From a virus (Duplodnaviria > Caudoviricetes): a stretch of DNA of 50,591 nucleotides. The notes under the pieces are model-generated. The model was not told where the DNA came from, made no database searches, and worked only from the letters and a program-made list of their open reading frames with translations. The position numbers and the translations under genes were made by a program. Of the stretch, positions 7,721-16,915 are shown piece by piece. Every line of letters begins with the position of its first letter. Positions within the stretch are counted from its first letter, which is position 1. Location: positions 1 through 50,591 of the IMG/VR virus record IMGVR_UViG_3300010281_000001. One strand, written 5' to 3'.

Positions 7721-9157
7721 GTGGCTAAACCAACTAAAGAACAATTAGAGAAAATAAATAAATTTAGTAGAGTTAAGCTTACTGAAGATGACGTATATGT
7801 ATTTCGTAGCATGATGATAGATAATGCTATAACTTCATACTACACTATAGTACATGAAAATTTATTAAGGAAGTTTAGTTCAGATGTTAAGAAGGGTGTT
7901 GGATTACTGCTTTCCCATGATTCAGATAAGCTACCTGTAGGAAGATCCTTTGATGCTTTTCTGGTTGAGGAATGGGATGAAGAAAGTGGAGGATTTTTGA
8001 AATCATTGTATGGTGATTTTTATATTGCACTTGGTAGAAACACTGAAAGTGGCATGACTACCGATGACATAGTAAAGGGTATAGATACTGGAACTATATT
8101 CGATACTTCCATAGGATTTAGTGTAAAATCAATGAAATGTAGTATTTGTGGCCATGATATTAGAAGTTGGGATTGTCCTCACTTACCTGGCCGAGAATAC
8201 ATTGTAGAAAATGAGGATGGTGTAGGTGAAACTGTAACTTGCTACGCAATTATGGGTGAAGATGGGATAGGTGAGCTTATTGAGAACTCTTTAGTTTATG
8301 CTGGAGCTTGTGCTAGAGCTACCATTGTTAATGAATATTCCATAGGAGATGATAGTATTGCTAAGAACATGCCTAAACTACAAGTAGTTGAAGAGTTGAA
8401 ACAAATTCCTATAGATGCCTCTGTATACCAATTTTATACTGCGGGAGGTCTAGTGATAATGACAGATAGTAAAGAAAAAAGGAGTGAAACTGGTATGGAT
8501 AAATATATGAGTATACTCACTGAGTTTAATATTAAATCAGAAGATGATTTAAGGGCTAAATTGACTGAACTTAGTGAGAAAACTACTGAGCTAGAGAATA
8601 AGAACAATGAAATACTTGCAAAAGATGAAGAAATAAAGAAATTAAACGAAAAAATTGAGACATATAAGAATGATTGTACAGAAAAAGATGGTGAGATAGC
8701 TGAATTAAAAAATGAAATATCAGAGCTATCTGAAAAAGTCACTAATCTTACTAAGTTAAATGAGGAATTAAAAGCTAACGAAGAATTGGTTGAAACTTAT
8801 AAGAAGGATTTAAAAGAGGAAATTATAGAGCTTGGTATAAGAGCTGAAGGAAATGCCTTCAATAAGACTTTATATGAAAGATTTTTAGATACTCTAAGTA
8901 TAGAAGAATTGAAGGAAGTAAGGGAAGGATTCAACGAAGAAGTAAAAAATAAATTTGCTGGTGTTAGAACTACTCAAACTAAGGTTAGAGATAAGAACAA
9001 AGACACTGAATTATATAAAGAAGATTTTGAAACTGAGGAAGAGTTTAGAGAGTATATAGCTGAATTAGCTGAAAAATATGCTAAAGAGAATAATGTATCT
9101 ATTAAAGACGCCACTAAGCTTATGTATGCGAAATATAGTGAGAGAGGTGAAGCGTAA
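7721..9157 (+). CDS. prohead protease-scaffold fusion
   Basis: LSHD..LPVGR, TSIGF..CSICG..CPHLPG, ENSLV motifs followed by a long coiled coil. Confidence 0.8.
   Translation: MAKPTKEQLEKINKFSRVKLTEDDVYVFRSMMIDNAITSYYTIVHENLLRKFSSDVKKGVGLLLSHDSDKLPVGRSFDAFLVEEWDEESGGFLKSLYGDFYIALGRNTESGMTTDDIVKGIDTGTIFDTSIGFSVKSMKCSICGHDIRSWDCPHLPGREYIVENEDGVGETVTCYAIMGEDGIGELIENSLVYAGACARATIVNEYSIGDDSIAKNMPKLQVVEELKQIPIDASVYQFYTAGGLVIMTDSKEKRSETGMDKYMSILTEFNIKSEDDLRAKLTELSEKTTELENKNNEILAKDEEIKKLNEKIETYKNDCTEKDGEIAELKNEISELSEKVTNLTKLNEELKANEELVETYKKDLKEEIIELGIRAEGNAFNKTLYERFLDTLSIEELKEVREGFNEEVKNKFAGVRTTQTKVRDKNKDTELYKEDFETEEEFREYIAELAEKYAKENNVSIKDATKLMYAKYSERGEA
8350..8380 (+). promoter_or_regulatory. putative internal late promoter for scaffold/cement/capsid
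   Basis: TGATA-N17-CCTAAACTA inside the protease gene. Confidence 0.7.
8495..9157 (+). CDS. nested in-frame scaffolding protein (220 aa)
   Basis: In-frame ATG 8495 with SD AAGGAGTGA at 8479-8487, about 115 nt after the internal promoter motif, at the start of the coiled coil. Confidence 0.65.
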   Translation: MDKYMSILTEFNIKSEDDLRAKLTELSEKTTELENKNNEILAKDEEIKKLNEKIETYKNDCTEKDGEIAELKNEISELSEKVTNLTKLNEELKANEELVETYKKDLKEEIIELGIRAEGNAFNKTLYERFLDTLSIEELKEVREGFNEEVKNKFAGVRTTQTKVRDKNKDTELYKEDFETEEEFREYIAELAEKYAKENNVSIKDATKLMYAKYSERGEA

Positions 9158-9576
9158 TGGCAGGTAAATTCACAAGACTACAAAAGTCTTACAAAATAAT
9201 GGATCCTGATGGAGTGGCTTTATATACTGGAGTAGTTATGGCAGGAGAAAATCAGTGCAAGAAACCTACTACTGATAATGAAGTCCCTTTAGGTGTTGTA
9301 GATAGTGATGAGAGAATAGATGATCCAGTTAGGGCTGGTGGAAATCAGACAGGTAGGCAAGTAGCTGTGAAACTTGAAGGTATTGCAGAGATAAAATTAT
9401 CTGGTTCAGTTCAAGCAGGGGACAGAGTAATCCTTGCTGCGGGAGGGTTAGCTAAGAAGATGCCTACTGACCCGGGAGTTTATAATGTATTAGGATTTGC
9501 TGAGAAAAATGGTGAGGATGGGGATGTTATCCCAGTAAGAATGGCTTACCATGTATACCCAGTATCAGAACTTTAA
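9157..9576 (+). CDS. capsid cement/decoration protein (DUF2190-like)
   Basis: PLGV..., G..VAV..EGIAEI..SG.V.AGD.V, VLGFA..GEDGDVIPV pattern; between scaffold and capsid. Confidence 0.75.
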   Translation: MAGKFTRLQKSYKIMDPDGVALYTGVVMAGENQCKKPTTDNEVPLGVVDSDERIDDPVRAGGNQTGRQVAVKLEGIAEIKLSGSVQAGDRVILAAGGLAKKMPTDPGVYNVLGFAEKNGEDGDVIPVRMAYHVYPVSEL

Positions 9577-9605
9577 TTTTGATTGACAAAGGAGTGTGAA
9601 AAAGT

Positions 9606-10586
9606 ATGCCAACAGTACAAAAGGTTCATATAGATAAGGCTTTAACTAACATATCAATTGGTTACAAGAATGAACAATTCATTGCAGATGAGATTTTTAA
9701 ACCAGTACCAGTACAGAAACAAAGCGATAGATACTATGTATTTGGTATGGAAAGATTCAGACAGCATGATGATTACAGAGCACCTGGTACTGAAGCAAAT
9801 GAAATTAGTTGGACATTGTCAGATGATTCATACTATGCTGAAGGTCATGCTTTAAGACATCCAATTGCTGAAGAAGAACAGCAAAATGCTGATGATGTAT
9901 TTGACCTAGAAGCAGACGCAACTGAATTAGTAACAGAAGGTATTCTTTTAAATAAAGAAGTGGATGCTGCAAATAAACTTTTAGATACTAATAGCTATCA
10001 TCCAGATTTACGTATTACTTTAGGTGCAAGTGGTGCTCCTGCAAAATGGTCTGATTATGAAAATTCAGATCCTATTTTGGATATTAAGAGAGCAAAGGAA
10101 GCTATCCATAGAAAATCTGGTTTAAGACCAAATGTGTTGATAATATCTGAACCAGTAAAAAATGTTTTAGAGTTACACCCAAGATTACTTGAAGTTATCA
10201 AGTATGTTCAAAGAGGAATTGTTACAACTGATTTAATGGCGGCTGCTTTTGGTGTAGATAGAATTTTAGTAGGTTCTGCACTAAAATCTAATGTGCAAAA
10301 TGCTGGTCAAGTTGAGCCAGGACAAATTGAGCCATTAAATTATATCTGGGGTAATTCCGCAGTTTTAGCATATGTACCTCAAAGACCTGGAAAGAAAACT
10401 CCAGCTATTGGATATAGTTTTATGTGGAATAAAGATGGTAATGGTCCTGTACAAGTAAGAAAATGGTATGAAGTCGGCAGAAGAGCTACTATCATAGAGG
10501 CAGAAAGATGGTATGCTCAGAAGATTATTTCAAATGTAGCTGGATTCTTATTTGCCGATGTAGTAGATCCAATTGGCTCTTTCTAA
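9606..10586 (+). CDS. major capsid protein
   Basis: Size and position; LTNISIGY.N..FIAD.IF..VPV, RAPG, WSDY..SDPI.DI, RPN...I pattern. Confidence 0.9.
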   Translation: MPTVQKVHIDKALTNISIGYKNEQFIADEIFKPVPVQKQSDRYYVFGMERFRQHDDYRAPGTEANEISWTLSDDSYYAEGHALRHPIAEEEQQNADDVFDLEADATELVTEGILLNKEVDAANKLLDTNSYHPDLRITLGASGAPAKWSDYENSDPILDIKRAKEAIHRKSGLRPNVLIISEPVKNVLELHPRLLEVIKYVQRGIVTTDLMAAAFGVDRILVGSALKSNVQNAGQVEPGQIEPLNYIWGNSAVLAYVPQRPGKKTPAIGYSFMWNKDGNGPVQVRKWYEVGRRATIIEAERWYAQKIISNVAGFLFADVVDPIGSF

Positions 10587-10613
10587 AATCTCGTAAATTA
10601 TAGAAAAACTAAT

Positions 10614-10654
10614 AACCACTACTGTAGGCTACTGCCATGCAGTAGTGGTTTTTT
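10614..10654 (+). terminator. intrinsic terminator after the capsid gene
   Basis: AACCACTACTGTA/TGCAGTAGTGGTT stem plus T run. Confidence 0.8.
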
Positions 10655-10668
10655 AAAGGAGTGATTTG

Positions 10669-11109
10669 ATGACTAAGAAAGAAATTATTAATACTTTGGT
10701 AAATGAGTATGGTGTTGAGGATAAAGGTCTAGCAAAGAAAACAATTAAAGAGTTAGAGCAAATGTTAGATGAATTGAAAAATAAAGTAGAAGAAGTGAAA
10801 GAGGTTACCACTGAAGAGCTTGATGAAGCTGTTACCAATGTTAAACCTGAAAAATCTGAAGAGAAGAAAAAAGAAGTAGTAACAGAGGTACAGCCAAATG
10901 TATATGAGACGATTACTCGTAGATTTGAACCTGCTAAAGATATAAGAATAGAGAATTTAGGGGCAGGGGATGTGTTTATTAGTAAAACTAAAGAGAACCT
11001 TGTAAATGAAAAGAATAAGATAGCTCCAGGGCAAGTAATAGCATTGAAAGATGTAAGTGTATTATATATAACTTCAGCTTCAAGGCCTATTATCCGCATT
11101 ATTTATTAA
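10669..11109 (+). CDS. hypothetical virion-associated protein
   Basis: SD AAGGAGTGA; position after the capsid gene. Confidence 0.6.
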   Translation: MTKKEIINTLVNEYGVEDKGLAKKTIKELEQMLDELKNKVEEVKEVTTEELDEAVTNVKPEKSEEKKKEVVTEVQPNVYETITRRFEPAKDIRIENLGAGDVFISKTKENLVNEKNKIAPGQVIALKDVSVLYITSASRPIIRIIY

Positions 11110-11111
11110 AG

Positions 11112-11549
11112 GTGGTGGGGCATTTGGCTTATAAAATACTAAAAGAAGGATTTGAAGATAGTGTTAGAACTAGATTAGGCGTTAAGAAGTCAGAATTACC
11201 TGATGAGGATATAAGAAATAGATTTATAGCTGATTTAGCTGAGACAGTAGTTATAAAAAGGGTACCTGATTATGACAAGATTACTGATGAGAAAGATTTA
11301 ATGTTCTTAGAGAGTGCTATAAATTATTATATTTGTTACTTACTCGCCCCCACCATGCCTAATAAGATTAAATATAAGGTTTCTACTATAGAAGTGAAAT
11401 GGGAGAAATTAAAGACTGACTGGGAGAAAAGAGCAGAGGAATTTTTAGCTTTATATGAGGAGGCATTAAGCCAGATAGAAACTGTTAATGTTGTAATTCC
11501 TCAATCTGATATATTCCGGATTGCTAAATTGATAGGAAGTGGAGAATAA
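11112..11549 (+). CDS. putative head-tail adaptor
   Basis: Synteny; VRT.LG....ELPDE.I helical pattern; start may be TTG 11124. Confidence 0.6.
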   Translation: MVGHLAYKILKEGFEDSVRTRLGVKKSELPDEDIRNRFIADLAETVVIKRVPDYDKITDEKDLMFLESAINYYICYLLAPTMPNKIKYKVSTIEVKWEKLKTDWEKRAEEFLALYEEALSQIETVNVVIPQSDIFRIAKLIGSGE

Positions 11550-12177
11550 GATGATTGAGATTAAAAGAGAAATTATTCAAGAAGAAGGTGTTCCTGTAAG
11601 TATTTTTGATAAGGATATGGGATTTGTAGAGGACACTATTGCCTTGATAGGAAAGGCAACGAAGCAATTTGCTAGTGAAATATCTTTAGAGTCTCATAGA
11701 CAGGGGCAATTTTTACCTGAGGTGGGAGTAAGAAATGGATTAATTATTAGAAATAAAGTAACTAACGAAGATTATATAGTAATTGCTAACTATCCTGAAG
11801 TAATAGAGCAACAGGTATGTACTATTATAACTAGAATGATTGTTTGCAACTCTAAAATAAGAGTAGGTAGATTGATTGAAGATGCAGACGAGAGAGGGAA
11901 AATTACCAAAGGTTTTAAGGAATTATATACTAATTTAAGTGTCTATGCTGAGCCTTTAGATAGTGAGGTTAAACAAGCAGATCCAGGTAAAGCTCCTAAA
12001 TCTAGCTATAGAATTTATGCTCCTGATATTACAGTTGATATAGAAGATCAGATATTAGTAGATATAGGTGGTCAGATGATGCCTTTTAAATTAGTAGGTT
12101 ATGATTATTTATCCTTTAAAGGATTAACTATCTTAGATGTGATAACAGAAACGAGGAGAGAAAAATGGCTAGATTAA
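11539..12177 (+). CDS. putative head closure/stopper protein
   Basis: Synteny; beta-rich sequence. Confidence 0.5.
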   Translation: MENKMIEIKREIIQEEGVPVSIFDKDMGFVEDTIALIGKATKQFASEISLESHRQGQFLPEVGVRNGLIIRNKVTNEDYIVIANYPEVIEQQVCTIITRMIVCNSKIRVGRLIEDADERGKITKGFKELYTNLSVYAEPLDSEVKQADPGKAPKSSYRIYAPDITVDIEDQILVDIGGQMMPFKLVGYDYLSFKGLTILDVITETRREKWLD

Positions 12178-12959
12178 AGAACACTGATTATGTAATGTAT
12201 TTCGACTTAAATAAATATGAATCTGAAATGAAGAAAGCTCTAATGAGGGCTACTAGGGAGGTTAAGCAGTTATTAATTGATACTATCATCCGTAATATTG
12301 AAGCACTACCTTTTAAGGATAATCCAGTTAAGTTAGCTAGTGGAAGGATAACAAGTGACGCAGAAAGGAAAAAAGCATTACTAGATTCAATAAGCAAAGA
12401 TGGCCATGTGAGGATGCACGTAGAGAATTTTGCTAGTTATTATGGAAATGTCGTACTTGAAACATCGGTATCAGCAATGGCCAGTAATTTTGAGGAATCT
12501 CATGTAGGTTGGTATTACGAAATTGGTACGGGGGAAGAGTCAGATCCAAGAGGATATGCTCAATATGGAATGTCTGCAAGTTTAGGGGATGTAAATCCGT
12601 ATAGGTTACCTCATGTAGGAGCTCCGATAGTATCTAGAAGTGCAAAAGATGGTTATTGGAGAGATTTAGGTGGAAACCTACGTAAGACAGGCTCTAATTT
12701 AGGTGGAATAGGTAATCCAGAACCACCTAAAGCTATGGATCCAGATAAGTATGCTGAATTAGTAGAAAGGTTTAGAGAGTATATTGGTGAGGATATAAAA
12801 GCTTATTACTGGTTTGAAAGGGCAGTGGAAGAAGTTAGTCAAAAGATTTTAGATATTTACAAAGAAGCGGTAAAGAGTGTTGATATATTTAATCCGGAGT
12901 TAGGAATTTTCCATATAAATGAAAGGATAATCATAGGAGATAAGTATATAGTTGGCTAG
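12165..12959 (+). CDS. putative neck/tail completion protein
   Basis: Synteny; YYEIGTG and YWFERA motifs resemble HK97 gp10-like proteins. Confidence 0.55.
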   Translation: MARLKNTDYVMYFDLNKYESEMKKALMRATREVKQLLIDTIIRNIEALPFKDNPVKLASGRITSDAERKKALLDSISKDGHVRMHVENFASYYGNVVLETSVSAMASNFEESHVGWYYEIGTGEESDPRGYAQYGMSASLGDVNPYRLPHVGAPIVSRSAKDGYWRDLGGNLRKTGSNLGGIGNPEPPKAMDPDKYAELVERFREYIGEDIKAYYWFERAVEEVSQKILDIYKEAVKSVDIFNPELGIFHINERIIIGDKYIVG

Positions 12960-13401
12960 GAGGAGAGCCATGCAAATAATAAATTTATATGACAACATTT
13001 ATAAATTGATAGCTAATAATCAGAAAATCCTATACTATCTAGGAATGAGTAGTGATGCTTCACATTTAGATAAAGCTAAAAAGATACAGAGAAGAGCTAA
13101 ACCGCAGGATTTAATAGATAATGTTCCTTTAATATCGTATTATGCACTTCCAGGTGGAGTGGATAAAAGAAACGATACAGTTTATGTAGCTCCCTTTGTA
13201 TTTAATATTTTTACTTTTAACGATGTAGATGCTGCACATTTAATAGCAGAAGAACTGACAGATACGATTGATAAAAAATTATTACTCTTTGAGGGAGTCG
13301 AAAATTTAGAGTCAAGACTCATCACTGCTCATGAAAGTGGTGTAGATGAAGAAGATATCTACTGTTTTACAGTTGTATTTGAATTCTCAGTGATAATTTG
13401 A
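12952..13401 (+). CDS. putative tail terminator
   Basis: Synteny and size; immediately before the major tail protein. Confidence 0.55.
   Translation: MARRRAMQIINLYDNIYKLIANNQKILYYLGMSSDASHLDKAKKIQRRAKPQDLIDNVPLISYYALPGGVDKRNDTVYVAPFVFNIFTFNDVDAAHLIAEELTDTIDKKLLLFEGVENLESRLITAHESGVDEEDIYCFTVVFEFSVII
13007..13037 (+). promoter_or_regulatory. putative internal late promoter upstream of the major tail gene
   Basis: TGATA-N17-CCTATACTA. Confidence 0.65.
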
Positions 13402-13421
13402 ACATAAGGGAGGTCTTTGAG

Positions 13422-14246
13422 ATGAATAGAAAGATGGTTATTAAGGGTGTAGGAACTCTAATGGCTAAACGAATATGTCCTAATGGTGAGAAAGAACTTA
13501 TAACATTAGGAACCCTACAGGATTTAAGAATCGACTTATCAACTGAAGTTGAAGACATTTATGGTGGCGATGGTATGTTTGCCATTGACAATATAGTTAC
13601 TGGTAAATCTATCACAATAACTGGAACTGACGCAAAATTTGACTTAAACGCTATATCTCTTATGATGGGTTCTAGCATAGAAAATGGAGCAGCTAACGTG
13701 TGGGCGTTGAATGAAAAACAAGTTGTTCAGTCAAATAATACAATAGTTTTAAAATATCCTCTATCTGATTTACAAATGCCTTATGAACTACATCCAGAGG
13801 AAAGCATTACTCTAAGGTTAGAAAGAAATAATAAAGTAATTCCACGTGAGGATTTTGATGTTGATACTGCAGGAGATGTAACTACAATTACAATAAATAA
13901 TCCTGCTATTAAGGTGGGGGATGTAGTAATAGCTGCATATCAATACAAAGTTGATGACGTAAGTATGGCAAATATACTATCTAATGAAATACCATTCCCA
14001 GTACACATCATACATCACGGATCTTATCAACAAATAGATGGTACTATACAAGATTTGGAGACTGAATTCTACGCTTGCCAAGCAAGAGGTACTTTCTCAA
14101 TTGATGCTCAAAGAGCTACTGCTTCAAGTTCTGCTATAGAATTACAAGTTCTAGATCCTGAAAGACCTGATGGAAAGATAGGTACTATTAAGAGATATCA
14201 ATCTAGAGGATCACTTACTGAGTGTAAGGTTGATGAACTAGATTGA
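13422..14246 (+). CDS. major tail (tube) protein
   Basis: Synteny; LGTLQDL.ID.S.E.EDIYGGD..F tube-like pattern; ATG 13422 follows SD AGGGAGG. Confidence 0.8.
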   Translation: MNRKMVIKGVGTLMAKRICPNGEKELITLGTLQDLRIDLSTEVEDIYGGDGMFAIDNIVTGKSITITGTDAKFDLNAISLMMGSSIENGAANVWALNEKQVVQSNNTIVLKYPLSDLQMPYELHPEESITLRLERNNKVIPREDFDVDTAGDVTTITINNPAIKVGDVVIAAYQYKVDDVSMANILSNEIPFPVHIIHHGSYQQIDGTIQDLETEFYACQARGTFSIDAQRATASSSAIELQVLDPERPDGKIGTIKRYQSRGSLTECKVDELD

Positions 14247-14777
14247 AGAGATCAACCTGTAGTTCCTGATAAGCATACTGTAACATTTAATATTAGTGAA
14301 CCAAATGTTCTACTTGAGGTTAAAGATTCTAGCGGTAACATTGTAGAGCCTATTTCAGATAATGTTTATGAGTTAAAGAATGGTGTGTACACTTACTTTT
14401 TATATAAAGAAGGATTTGAAGTAGAAGAAGATAGTTTCACTGTAGCAGATAAATCATTAGATATAAATATTAGCTTAGAACCATTAAATGCTGAATACGC
14501 TTATCTGGAGTCTACAGGGCGTGAGGGAGAGCATGAAATAGACGGAGTAATATATACTTTTGTAGAATTTGAAATGTTAGATGTGGATGGAGAAAGAATC
14601 TCTTTAGCCGAGGATAATGTAGAGTATATTAGATCAAACGGTAGAGCTTTAATACCAAATACAGATGAGACATTATGGTTTAATAAAGATAAAGAATCAG
14701 GAAGATATGAATATGTGGTTAAGACTAAAGCTGGTGTAGTATATCAAGCAATACTTGAGTGGGTTAAACCAGAGTAA
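14247..14777 (+). CDS. in-frame C-terminal extension of the major tail protein past UGA (PEGA/Ig-like domain plus a second beta domain)
   Basis: Frame stays open from the codon after TGA 14244-14246 through ORF 14385-14777; translation RDQPVVPDKHTVTFNISEPNVLLEVKD..YELKNGVYTY..YKEGF. Confidence 0.7.
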   Translation, partial: RDQPVVPDKHTVTFNISEPNVLLEVKDSSGNIVEPISDNVYELKNGVYTYFLYKEGFEVEEDSFTVADKSLDINISLEPLNAEYAYLESTGREGEHEIDGVIYTFVEFEMLDVDGERISLAEDNVEYIRSNGRALIPNTDETLWFNKDKESGRYEYVVKTKAGVVYQAILEWVKPE

Positions 14778-14787
14778 TTAGGAATCA

Positions 14788-14813
14788 ATAGGGGGAATTA
14801 ATCCCCCTATTTT
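14788..14813 (+). terminator. intrinsic terminator
   Basis: AATAGGGGGA/TCCCCCTATT stem plus Ts; located after the extension, not after the UGA. Confidence 0.8.
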
Positions 14814-14833
14814 AGAATATAGAAGGAGGATGT

Positions 14834-15235
14834 TTGATGGCTGAAGATAGAAAACAAGAAAATAAAAAAGTAGAAAAATTGACTAAGGAAGAAGCTGAAA
14901 GAATTGAGAGTGTGTTTTTTGAAGATGACGAAGAGATAATGTTGAGAGATGGTAAGAAGTATAAAATACATCCTTGTACATTGAAGGATGCTAGAAGGTT
15001 AATGAATTTGTTAAAGACTGTTCAAATTGAGGCAATTATATTAAATTTCCTACCTAAAGATGACGGAGGTACAGGAGCAGAGGAAGATTTATTTGATATT
15101 CTTCTAATAGCATTTAAGGGTTATCCTCATATAGATAGAGATTATATTGATAATTATGTAGATTTAGAAACTGCTAGAAAGATTATTGAAATTATGATTG
15201 GATTGAATGGAATAAAAAAGTCTCTAACAGCGTAG
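14834..15235 (+). CDS. tail assembly chaperone (gpG-like)
   Basis: Between major tail and tape measure; slippery A AAA AAG at 15214-15220. Confidence 0.8.
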   Translation: MMAEDRKQENKKVEKLTKEEAERIESVFFEDDEEIMLRDGKKYKIHPCTLKDARRLMNLLKTVQIEAIILNFLPKDDGGTGAEEDLFDILLIAFKGYPHIDRDYIDNYVDLETARKIIEIMIGLNGIKKSLTA

Positions 15236-15570
15236 AGGGGGAAACCCAAGAAGTTATAATTAAGGATTCAGTAACAGGTGTAGAAGTTGATTGGGGTGAA
15301 ATCTTCTTTCTCCTCCATAAACACTGTAATTTAGATAAATGGCAGATATGGGAATATACATTACCCCAGGTAGCTGAACTTATGAAGCGAATAAATAGAT
15401 ATATTGAGTATGAGATAGAAATTAATTCTTTACCATTAAGAGCATTTGGCGTATCCGTAGGAGGCAATGATGCAGGTAAAGATCAAGACAGCAATACAGA
15501 AGATGGATACCATGTCGCTACAGAAGATGATATAGATATTTTAGCAAGATTCTTGTCTGGAGGATTATAG
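15214..15570 (+). CDS. -1 frameshift extension of the tail chaperone (gpGT-like)
   Basis: -1 frame open from the slippery site (KVSNSVEGE..VDWGEIFFLLHKHCNLDKWQIWEYTLPQV) into ORF 15382-15570. Confidence 0.85.
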   Translation, partial: KKVSNSVEGETQEVIIKDSVTGVEVDWGEIFFLLHKHCNLDKWQIWEYTLPQVAELMKRINRYIEYEIEINSLPLRAFGVSVGGNDAGKDQDSNTEDGYHVATEDDIDILARFLSGGL

Positions 15571-15664
15571 AATCCGCTCTACTAGTCTTTAATCTAAATT
15601 GGCAAGAAGTCTCCCAACTTCTGTAAGTGGGAGATGAATTGCCGAAAATGTTTGACGAATATAT

Positions 15665-15718
15665 TGTGGAGTATCAATTGATGTAATTAAAAAATATATT
15701 GAAACTCAAGGTGAATAA
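15665..15718 (+). pseudogene. tnpA: remnant of the Y1 transposase C-terminus
   Basis: Translates [17 protein letters not shown]-stop, the YxxxQ catalytic helix of IS200 TnpA. Confidence 0.75.
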
Positions 15719-15719
15719 T

Positions 15720-16790
15720 ATGCTAAGAGCATATAAGTTTAGGATTTACCCCAACAAGGAACAACAAGAATATTTTACTAAATGCTTCGGATGTGCTAGA
15801 TTTATCTACAATATAATGCTAGAAGATAAAATAAAGTATTATAAAGAAACTGGTAAAATGCTCAATAATACACCTGCACAATATAAAAAGAAATATCCTT
15901 TTCTTAAAGAAGTAGACAGTTTAGCCTTAGCAAACGCACAGCTTAATTTAGAACAAGCATACAAAAACTTTTTCAGAGATAAAGCAGTAGGTTTTCCTAA
16001 ATTCAAAAAGAAAAAGAATAAACAATCTTATACAACTAATAATCAAAATGGCACAATCTATATAGAAAATGGCTATATTAAACTTCCTAAATTAAAATCT
16101 ATGGTAAAAATAAAACAACATAGGCAATTCAATGGGAAAATTAAATCAGTAACTATATCAAAAACACCAACTAATAAATATTATGCTTCAATTTTAGTAG
16201 AAGAAGAAATAACACCATTGCCTAAAATAGATAAGAAAATAGGTATTGATCTAGGTATAAAAGATTTTGCAGTAACAAGTGATGGAGAAATAATAGAAAA
16301 TCCAAAATGGTTAAGAAGATCAGAACAAAGAATAAAGTTTCTACAAAGAAGTCTATCAAGAAAACAAAAAGGCAGTAAAAACAGGGAAAAAGCAAGATTA
16401 AAATTAACAAAAGCATATGAAAAACTAACTAACCAAAGAAAAGATTTTCTTCATAAATTGTCTTCTAAAATTATAAACGATAACCAAGTTATAGTTTTAG
16501 AAGATTTAAAAGTTAAAAATATGCTTAAAAATCACTACTTAGCAAAATCAATATCAGAGGTAGCATGGCGCGAATTTAGACAAATGTTAGAATATAAAGC
16601 AAAATGGTATGGTAGAGAAATCATAATAGCACCATCAAATTATGCAAGCAGTCAAATATGTAGTAATTGTGGATATAAAAATGAAGAAGTAAAGAATTTA
16701 GCATTAAGAGAATGGATTTGTCCTAAGTGTGGGGTACATCATGATAGAGATATAAATGCAAGTAAGAATTTGCTGAAGCTAGCTATATAA
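15720..16790 (+). CDS. tnpB: RNA-guided endonuclease TnpB
   Basis: [26 protein letters not shown] zinc finger, DRDINAS; RuvC D-E-D intact. Confidence 0.95.
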   Translation: MLRAYKFRIYPNKEQQEYFTKCFGCARFIYNIMLEDKIKYYKETGKMLNNTPAQYKKKYPFLKEVDSLALANAQLNLEQAYKNFFRDKAVGFPKFKKKKNKQSYTTNNQNGTIYIENGYIKLPKLKSMVKIKQHRQFNGKIKSVTISKTPTNKYYASILVEEEITPLPKIDKKIGIDLGIKDFAVTSDGEIIENPKWLRRSEQRIKFLQRSLSRKQKGSKNREKARLKLTKAYEKLTNQRKDFLHKLSSKIINDNQVIVLEDLKVKNMLKNHYLAKSISEVAWREFRQMLEYKAKWYGREIIIAPSNYASSQICSNCGYKNEEVKNLALREWICPKCGVHHDRDINASKNLLKLAI

Positions 16791-16915
16791 CTTTGGTATA
16801 TTCGGGGATGGAACAGCCCTTTGAGCTTGGGGAATCTGGTAACAATAGTTACCTTGATCAAGAAGCTCCTACTTCTATAAGTAGGGGTAGTTCACGTGAG
16901 GTGGTTGTATGGCAG
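16791..16915 (+). ncRNA. omegaRNA with predicted guide GTGAGGTGGTTGTATGGCAG
   Basis: Hairpin-rich region 3' of tnpB up to the TTCAC end, plus the flank. Confidence 0.75.

Larger units (their letters stand above)
15594..16895 (+). mobile_element. IS200/IS605-family element with tnpA deleted and tnpB intact
   Basis: LE hairpin CTCCCAACTTCTGTAAGTGGGAG, tnpA remnant, tnpB, RE hairpin ending GGTAGTTCAC; preceded by candidate target/TAM TTAAT 15589-15593. Confidence 0.9.

Noticed and set aside
14244-14300. UGA as selenocysteine
   Set aside because: No clear SECIS-like hairpin after the UGA, and the position is an inter-domain linker, not a redox site
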